Shown: positions 23,983 to 30,725 of the stretch, one piece after another
Layout of the letters: each line of letters begins with the position of its first letter
Numbering within the stretch: the first letter of the stretch is position 1
Assembly (NCBI GenBank): GCA_027925325.1
Contig: AP027133.1
Span: 180,001-212,000, forward strand
Length of the DNA: 32,000 bases
From: Candidatus Saccharimonadota bacterium
GTDB taxonomy: Bacteria; Bacillota_I; Bacilli_A; Mycoplasmatales; Hepatoplasmataceae
Direction of reading: 5' to 3'
Position numbers and translations under genes: made by a program
The notes under the pieces: model-generated
The model's input: the letters and a program-made list of their open reading frames with translations, nothing else
Told to the model about the DNA's origin: nothing
Database searches by the model: none

Positions 23983-24714
23983 ATGAAATTTAATTTTGCT
24001 GGAAGAACAGTTAAGGGAGTACGGGTTGAAAATCAAGATAACTATACTGTTTTTTTAGCAAAAAATAAATCTTATTTCGTTGCTGCGATCGCTGATGGGA
24101 TGGGTGGATATCGTGGCGGTAAATTAGCATCAGAGGTAACGATAAATTTTATTGAAAGAGATTTTAAGGATCTTAATTTAGAGTATAAAACAGATAATGA
24201 TATCTTTAATTTGATGATTAAAGAGATTAGATTGATTCAATTAAAATTGATTAATTTAGTAAAAAAAGAAAATGCTCCCTTCAATATGGGAACAACAATT
24301 AATTTCAATTTAATTTATAAAAATAAGATATATACTTTAAATATTGGTGATACAAGATCAACAAATTATTATCAAAAAGAGTTAAAAGATATCTCAGAAG
24401 ATCATAATTTAGCAGCACTTGCCAAAAAAAATAAGTCTTTTCGCAAGTATTATAAATATACAAATTATCTTACTTCTGCCCTTGGGCCAAAAAAAGAATC
24501 AATATTAGATATTTTTATAACAAATATCAAACAAAAAGGGATTTTAATTGTTGCATCAGATGGGATTCATAATTTTGTAAAAACAAAAGAATTATTAAAA
24601 ATTTTAAAGACAGATATTTCACTTTCCAAAAAAGTTGATAAGATTATTTCTAGAGCTATGAAGAATCAATCAAATGATAATATGACATGTGTCTTGGTGG
24701 AGTATGGAGTTTAA
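23983..24714 (+). CDS. prpC: PP2C-family Ser/Thr protein phosphatase
   Basis: Motifs NQDN, ADGMGGYRGG, GDTR, ASDGI and DNMTCVLV are present. It lies immediately upstream of, and overlaps, the kinase gene. Confidence 0.85.
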   Translation: MKFNFAGRTVKGVRVENQDNYTVFLAKNKSYFVAAIADGMGGYRGGKLASEVTINFIERDFKDLNLEYKTDNDIFNLMIKEIRLIQLKLINLVKKENAPFNMGTTINFNLIYKNKIYTLNIGDTRSTNYYQKELKDISEDHNLAALAKKNKSFRKYYKYTNYLTSALGPKKESILDIFITNIKQKGILIVASDGIHNFVKTKELLKILKTDISLSKKVDKIISRAMKNQSNDNMTCVLVEYGV

Positions 24715-25726
24715 ATCAAATGTAATTATTAATAATAAATATAAAATTGTTTCGGAAATTGGAAAGGGAGCTTCTGCTGTTGTCTATCTTGGATATGACT
24801 TACTAAATAATAAAAATGTTGCTTTAAAAATTCAAAATCAAAAAGATGAATTTTCTAATATGGATAAAAGATTTAAATTAGAGGCAAATACTTTGCTTAA
24901 TTTAAATCACCAAAATATCGTCGATACATATGATTACTTTACTTGAAATAATCGTCGTGTGATTGTAATGGAATATTTAGATGGGAAAACACTTGAGAAA
25001 TATATTAGAGAAAAGCAATATCTTTCTTCAAAAGAAGTTGCAACCTTTGCAATTGAAATTTTGGAAGGATTAGATCATGTTCATCAAAATGGAATTATGC
25101 ATCGTGATCTCAAACCAGCTAATATTACGATTACCGTTGATAATAAACTCAAATTAATGGATTTTGGTATTATTCAAACTTCAATTAATCAAGAATTAAC
25201 AAGGCAGGCAAGCATCATTGGAACGATCCAATATTTAGCACCTGAGATATTTAAAGGTGAAAAATCTTCTCCTCCTTCAGAAATGTTTTCAATTGGGGTA
25301 TTACTTTATCGAATGTCAACCGGAGTTTTACCATTTAAGGGAATATCACACGAAGATACAGCGAAGAAAATTTTAAATGATGATCCGTTACCACCAACAA
25401 ATATTAATAAGATGCTTGATTTAGAATTAGAAAAGATAATTTTAAAGTTATTGCAAAAAGATTATTATAATCGTTACCAAACGGCGCGCGAGACGATCAA
25501 TGCTCTTAAGGATTATTTAATAAACCGGGAGCAATATAAAATCAATCAATCAACGAAATTTCTGCAAGATAGGCAAGTTATCGAAAATAATAATCAGACC
25601 TTATCAAAGAGTAAACAAAAAATAAAAAAGAAAAAAGCAAAAGAAATTAAATTAATAAATTATTTGCTTTTTTTTATTGTAATTTTTTTAATATTAGCAC
25701 TTATTATGATTCCTATTTTTATTTAA
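24704..25726 (+). CDS. prkC: Hanks-type Ser/Thr protein kinase, C-terminally membrane-anchored
   Basis: ORFs 24689..24946 and 24959..25726 share a frame and join through TGA at 24944. ATG at 24704 is the likely start. Motifs GKGASAVVY, VALK, HRDLKPAN, DFG and APE are present. A single C-terminal TM segment (LLFFIVIFLILALIMIPIFI) ends at the stop codon. Confidence 0.88.
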
Positions 25727-25798
25727 AATTTTTAAAATATTTTTTAAATTTATCTTAATAATTTATTTTCAAAAAAATTATAATTTTTGTGATAAATT

Positions 25799-26212
25799 AT
25801 GAATAAAAATAGAAAATTAAATTTTAATCTAGAGTATCAGAAATTTTTTAAAACTCCCAATTGGGAGTTAATAGAAATTTTATATTCAAGAAATAAATAT
25901 AGCATTTTAAGAGAAGATCATATAGCAATTAAAATTAATACTAGAAAAAGAAAATTAGAATTTTTACAAATTTATTTATATTTACAAATTGTAAAAAATG
26001 GCAATATTAATCCAATTGAGATTATTGAAGTATATGATAATTTTTCCGATTATATTGATTCGATTTTATCTAAAAATATTGATGAAAAACATAAAAATGA
26101 TTTTGAAATAAAAATAATTAATTTAATTTTATGCTTAAGAAATATTAATACAAAAATTTCTTCTATATTGTATTCTTATATATTTTCATTTGAAAAAACA
26201 TTAATTATTTAA
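25799..26212 (+). CDS. hypothetical protein (137 aa), first ORF of the accessory island
   Basis: The ORF is intact with an ATG start, and TATAAT lies at 25779-25784. I see no recognisable motif. Its 3' end overlaps the open frame of the next ORF. Confidence 0.4.
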   Translation: MNKNRKLNFNLEYQKFFKTPNWELIEILYSRNKYSILREDHIAIKINTRKRKLEFLQIYLYLQIVKNGNINPIEIIEVYDNFSDYIDSILSKNIDEKHKNDFEIKIINLILCLRNINTKISSILYSYIFSFEKTLII

Positions 26213-26889
26213 TAAATCATAAATTTATAAGTAATAATTTAAATATTTTAGAAATTATTTCTCATAATAAAAAGATTGAAATTTCAAAAAATAAAATTAA
26301 AAATTTACAAGAAAAAGATTATATAATTACGGAAAAAAATCTTTTTGTTAAAAATGCAAAAATTATGGAAGAATTATATTTTAAAGAAAAGATATCAATA
26401 TTAAAATATCTGCAAAATGAAAAATTTTTAACTTTACAAGATTTGATAAAAAGAAAATTTATTAGTTCAGGGAAAATAAAGGAAAGAGAAAATTTTTTTA
26501 GAAAAAAAGGTTTTAGTGAAGAGGGAATAAAAAATGGAATATGAAATTATTTTATAGAAAGATTACAAAAAACTAGTGATTTGAGAAATAAAATATCTCA
26601 TCTTGATAATTTAATTATTAAAAAAAATGATTCCGAGGATTTATTAAATTATTTTTATGGTCAGTTCGATCTCTTAAGAAATGATTATACAATAGAAATT
26701 TTTTATAAGATTAAATTAATTTTTTTGAAAAATAATTTAATATCTAGAAATGATATTTTAAGAAATCATTATGAAGATTTCTTTGCTTTTAAAATGAAAA
26801 AGAACAAAAATAATAAAAATGAACAATTCTTAAAAGAAAGAATTGTTCAAGATAAACATACAAATTTGTCTTTAAATTCACACAACTAA
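26149..26889 (+). CDS. HEPN-motif (RNxxxH) protein, Abi-like candidate; start codon unresolved, possibly frameshifted from the upstream ORF
   Basis: Read with code 4, this frame is open from 26149 to TAA at 26887-26889 through two TGA codons. The track shows only 26581..26889. R-N-K-I-S-H lies at 26584-26601, in the context WNYFIERLQKTSDLRNKISHLDNL. The first in-frame ATG is at 26365. The region upstream of that ATG reads like winged-helix segments (LNILEIISHNKKIEISKNKIKNLQEKDYII). Confidence 0.4.
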
Positions 26890-26940
26890 ATGTGCTACAG
26901 TAAAGGATTTATGTTCCTTCACACAACTAAATGTGCTACA
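26877..26940. repeat. perfect 23-nt direct repeat x2 (TTCACACAACTAAATGTGCTACA) separated by an 18-nt unique spacer
   Basis: Copy 1 is 26877-26899 and copy 2 is 26918-26940, identical at 23/23 positions. The spacer GTAAAGGATTTATGTTCC is 26900-26917, giving a 41-nt period. Copy 1 contains the stop codon of the HEPN-motif ORF. Confidence 0.9.
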
Positions 26941-27020
26941 TATCTATTATATATAAATTTTATTTTAAAAATAAAATATTTAAAAAATTAGATAAAATTA
27001 TCATAATTTTACTATTAACT

Positions 27021-27040
27021 TATAATTATTTTAAAAGGAG
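27021..27040 (+). promoter_or_regulatory. candidate -10 box plus strong Shine-Dalgarno for the hidden propeller gene
   Basis: TATAAT is at 27021-27026. AAGGAG is at 27035-27040, 6 nt before ATG at 27047. Confidence 0.4.
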
Positions 27041-27046
27041 AATTAA

Positions 27047-28414
27047 ATGAAGAAATATTATGGAATTTTATTAATTCCACTACTAGGAATAATTCCTATT
27101 AATAAAAATATAATTAACAAAGATAATACTAATTTTGAAGGACAGAATGGTGTAATTATTGATATTTCAGCGCAAGAGACCTGAACAGGAGCAATATTAG
27201 ATTCAGATTTAGATGGATATGGTGATTTTGTTTATATTTGGGGTAATTTTAATTCAGAACCAACAAAATTTGATTTTGCTTGAAATGGCAATTTGATTAA
27301 TTTAGAATTAGGCTCATATTTATCTGCAGGAGTTACGGTTGATATCGATTATGATGGATATGCTGATACTTTATATATGTGAGGAAATAATCAACATGCG
27401 CAATTAGGAAATGGAACTTATGGAAATTATGATTTAAATGATCCAATTAAAATAACTCCCGAAGGACAGGATAATTGAAATGGTAATATTATTGATTTAT
27501 CATTAGGTAGTTATAATACATCAGTTATTATTGATACCGATTATGATGGATATGCCGATACATTTTATTCATGAGGAGATAATATCGGAGGGGAAAATGG
27601 TAATGGTCAAAATGGACTTAATACAGAAGGAGAAGATCAATATGTTTTATATCCTCAAGAAATAGCTCCAGAAGGAAGAGGGGGTTGAAATGGTAATATT
27701 ATCGATCTTGATTTAGACTCAATTACCTCTGCTGCAACTGTTGATGGAAATTATGATGGATATTCCGATACCTTATATATGTGAGGAACCGGTGTTTATA
27801 ATTATTATGGACATGGTCCTGTTTTATATCCAACAAAAATAATCCCAGAAAGAGAAGATGATTGAAGAGGAGATATTGTTGATTTTGATACAGATTATCA
27901 TAATACAGGGGTTGTTGTAGATACAAATTATGATCATATCGGTGATACTCTATATATTTGAGGTTATGCAAGTGAAGGTCAAATTGGGAATGGATATTTT
28001 GAAGATACTAGAGAAAATTTTCCGATTCAAAATACCTTTTTTGTTGATAAAAATATTATAAATCTTGAAATTAAAGATGATGCCCTTGCTGTTTCAACCG
28101 ATGAGAATTTAGATGGTTATGCCGATACCCTTTATATGTGAGGATATAACAATAAAGGTCAACTTGGTGATGAAACAACGATAAGTAAAAGCACACCAAC
28201 AAAAATAATTCCCGATCAAAAAGATAATTGAGGCGGAAACATTATCGATGTATCATTAGGTGGAAGAGATTCAATGGTTTTAACCGATCAAAATAGTGAT
28301 AATTTAGGAGATACAATTTATATGTGGGGTGATAATCAGTTTTATCAATTAGGATTTTTATCAGAAGATGAAATCGTTTCAACTCCCTATCAAATAATTA
28401 CAACAATTTTTTAA
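27047..28414 (+). CDS. secreted 7-blade beta-propeller protein, RCC1-like with a DxDxDG-type loop in every blade (455 aa)
   Basis: No + strand ORF appears in the track because 12 in-frame TGA codons break it. Read with TGA=Trp, the frame is open from ATG at 27047 to TAA at 28412-28414. The N-terminus is MKKYYGILLIPLLGIIP. Seven repeats follow the pattern W.G.IIDL.LG...(D.[DN].D[GHN]..D)TLY.WG.N..GQLGNG. TGA falls at the conserved blade Trp positions. Confidence 0.8.
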
Positions 28415-28560
28415 TATTTTGATAATTTTAAATATATAAGATAAAATTAATTTGTTTGTCTTAAATATTATCTTTATTATTTTATAATACTTACATTGTA
28501 GTTATTTGAATTTAGTTTAAATAATGGATAAATAGATAATAGAATAGAAAGAAGTAAAAA

Positions 28561-28860
28561 ATGAATAAAAAATACAGTCCTTATCTTGGTCCCTTGCAAG
28601 GGACTGAAATTTTAAAAAAGTCACCTTTTGAAGTAGAGGATGATGATGGAAAATATAAAATAATTAAATGCAATTGTGGATCAACTGAATTTAAAAAAAC
28701 AAAAAATTATTATGGTGATAATGAACTTTCTTGTGAATACAATATATATTGTATTAAATGTAATAAAAGAATATGATTTCGTGATGATGATAATACCATC
28801 GGAGGAAAAGAAGATCATAGATTTTTTTATAAAGAAACAGTAGAATATAAGAAAGTTTAA
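28561..28860 (+). CDS. small zinc-ribbon protein (99 aa), hypothetical
   Basis: ORF 28561..28776 continues through TGA at 28774 to TAA at 28858-28860. Cys pairs C-N-C and C-I-K-C lie about 27 aa apart. An AGAAAGAAG purine tract precedes the ATG. Confidence 0.5.
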
Positions 28861-28878
28861 TAAATTTTTTATATCTAG

Positions 28879-28904
28879 AAATTTATTAATTCTTTAATAA
28901 ATTT
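28879..28904 (+). terminator. AT-only hairpin, weak candidate terminator closing the island
   Basis: AAATTTATTAA (28879-28889) and TTAATAAATTT (28894-28904) form a perfect 11-bp inverted repeat with a TTCT loop. T-rich sequence follows. The stem has no G:C pairs. Confidence 0.3.
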
Positions 28905-28986
28905 ATTTCTTTGAATTATTTTATTTAAAAATAAAGAAGAAATTTTTAAGAAATTAAAAATAATTCAAATTTCATTTTTTTTATAA

Positions 28987-28995
28987 TGTTATAAT
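28987..28995 (+). promoter_or_regulatory. extended -10 promoter (TGtTATAAT) for the rpmF operon
   Basis: TG is at 28987-28988 and TATAAT at 28990-28995. It lies about 53 nt upstream of the rpmF ATG, which is preceded by AAAGGAG. Confidence 0.4.
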
Positions 28996-29048
28996 TTATT
29001 GAAAACTTTTATTATTTATTAAGTTATTTTATAAAGGAGTAGTAGATT

Positions 29049-29234
29049 ATGGCGATTCCATTTCGTAGAACATCAAAAACACGTAAAGCTAAAAGACGTA
29101 CACATCAAAAAGCAAAAACTCCCACAATGATTCAATGTTCAAATTGTGGTGCATCAATTAAACCACATACTGTTTGTAAAGAGTGTGGTTATTATAATGG
29201 CAAAAAGATTCTTGATGTTAAAAATAAAAACTAA
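29049..29234 (+). CDS. rpmF: 50S ribosomal protein L32
   Basis: The sequence [19 protein letters not shown]... with CxxC...CxxC is the canonical zinc-ribbon form of L32. Confidence 0.95.
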   Translation: MAIPFRRTSKTRKAKRRTHQKAKTPTMIQCSNCGASIKPHTVCKECGYYNGKKILDVKNKN

Positions 29235-29632
29235 TGAGTACAAAATTTGATCATTTAAATCGAGAACAAAAAATATATTTTATTTATAAACAATTTCTTC
29301 TTGCAAAATCTAAAGATGAGATGATAGAGGATTTACATCAAAATTTTATTGAATATAATTTTTCGGAACAAGAAGAACATGATATTTTAAAAATCATCGA
29401 AGATTTTGATGATTTAAAAGCAAAGGTAGAAAAAGCCCTACCGAGTGATTGAAAATGAACAAGGATTAATAATTTAGAAAAGGCAATTTTAATTTACACT
29501 GTTGCTGAAATAGTTATTTTTAAGCAAAAAAAGGCAATCGCTATCGATAATGCGATTAGATATGCTAAAAAATATTGTGACTTAAAAACTTATCGATTAT
29601 TAAATTTAATTCTTGATAAAGTTGAAATATAA
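29234..29632 (+). CDS. nusB: NusB-like transcription antitermination factor
   Basis: ORF 29234..29452 continues through two TGA codons to TAA at 29630-29632. The C-terminal half (WKWTRINNLEKAILIYTVAEIVIF...AIDNAIRYAKKY...LLNLILDKV) follows the NusB pattern (r....e.aiLr.a.yEl....inEaielak.y....fvNgvLd). Its start overlaps the rpmF stop (TAATG). Confidence 0.6.
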
Positions 29633-29689
29633 AATATCTAGATATAAAAAATTAGCTATTTTATATAATTCTTTATATTTAGGATTAAA

Positions 29690-30598
29690 ATGATAAATCA
29701 CGAAACTATTTTATTAAAAGAAGCAACGGAAAAATTACGAATTAAAGAAGACGGGATATATGTAGATGCAACTTTAGGGTTGGGCGGACATAGTAAATCT
29801 ATTTTAAAAAAATTGGTATCAGGAAAATTAATTGCAATTGATCAAGATCTTGATGCGATTAATTTTGCAAAAGAAAGATTAAAAGAATATCAAAATGTTA
29901 TTTTTATTCATGGTAATTTTAAAGATTTAAAAATGCATCTTGAAAAAATAAATATTAAAAAAATTGATGGAATTATTTATGACTTAGGAACAAGTTATTA
30001 TCAATTAACCGATCTGGGAAGAGGATTTACATATCGATCAAAAGATATTTTTCTTGATATGCGAATGGATCAAAAAAATCAAAAATTAACGGCGTCAATG
30101 ATTTTAAATACCTATCCAGAAGAAAAATTACTTTTTATTTTTAAAAAATATGCAGAAGAAAAATTAGCAAAAAAATTGGTACAAGCGATTATTGAATATC
30201 GAAATGAGAAAAAAATTGTTTTTAATCATCAATTAAATGAAATAATTGTAAAAATAAAACCTTATAATAAACAAAAAAATCGCTTTCGAAATATTTATCA
30301 AGGATTAAGAATAGAAGTTAATAATGAAATTGATGCCATTTCAAAATCTCTTTTAGAAGCTGCTGAGCTTTTAAATAAAAATGGCAGAATTTTAGTAATT
30401 ACTTTCCATTCTCTTGAAGATCGAATTGTGAAAAATATTTTCTTTAAATTTAAGAATCTTAAAAAAGAAACACAATATCAAATTATTAGAAATTTTCGAA
30501 CTTTAAAAACGGTTTATCCATCTAAAAAAGAAATTGAGAAAAATAATTCTTCTCGTTCATCAAGAATGCGAATTTTAGAAAAAATCAATGAATTCTAA
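29690..30598 (+). CDS. rsmH: 16S rRNA (cytosine1402-N4)-methyltransferase
   Basis: Motifs HETILLKEA, DATLGLGGHS, DLGTSYYQL and FHSLEDRIVK are present. Confidence 0.92.
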   Translation: MINHETILLKEATEKLRIKEDGIYVDATLGLGGHSKSILKKLVSGKLIAIDQDLDAINFAKERLKEYQNVIFIHGNFKDLKMHLEKINIKKIDGIIYDLGTSYYQLTDLGRGFTYRSKDIFLDMRMDQKNQKLTASMILNTYPEEKLLFIFKKYAEEKLAKKLVQAIIEYRNEKKIVFNHQLNEIIVKIKPYNKQKNRFRNIYQGLRIEVNNEIDAISKSLLEAAELLNKNGRILVITFHSLEDRIVKNIFFKFKNLKKETQYQIIRNFRTLKTVYPSKKEIEKNNSSRSSRMRILEKINEF

Positions 30599-30604
30599 AA
30601 AAAA

Positions 30605-30629
30605 TTAAATTTTATTAAATAAAATTTAA
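30605..30629 (+). terminator. AT-only hairpin after rsmH, weak candidate terminator
   Basis: TTAAATTTTAT (30605-30615) and ATAAAATTTAA (30619-30629) form a perfect 11-bp inverted repeat with a 3-nt loop. There is no clear T-tract. Confidence 0.25.
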
Positions 30630-30725
30630 ATTAATAAAAATTATTAAAAAAAACATTTAGATATTATAATTATATTTAATGTTTATTGTAATATTTATTA
30701 TGTAAAGGAATTTTCAAAAATTTAT

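Noticed and set aside
26150-26160. Programmed -1 ribosomal frameshifting at ACAAAAATTTC linking the two island ORFs.
   Set aside because: The heptamer is not a canonical X XXY YYZ slippery site, because AUU would re-pair on AAU with a mismatch. I see no obvious downstream stem-loop. An indel or phase-variable tract, or a non-ATG start, is more parsimonious.
26877-26940. Interpreting the 23-nt repeat pair as a CRISPR array.
   Set aside because: There are only two copies. The 18-nt spacer is well below normal CRISPR spacer lengths. No cas genes or leader-like arrangement are present, and copy 1 lies inside a coding region. It is kept as an unexplained repeat, not a CRISPR call.
28497-28517. 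A possible inverted partial copy of the 23-nt repeat (TGTAG...ATTTAGTT) downstream of the propeller gene. If real, the repeats would bracket the gene like a cassette.
   Set aside because: Only a 5-mer and an 8-mer match, separated by a non-matching insertion. Such AT-rich short matches are expected by chance in this composition.
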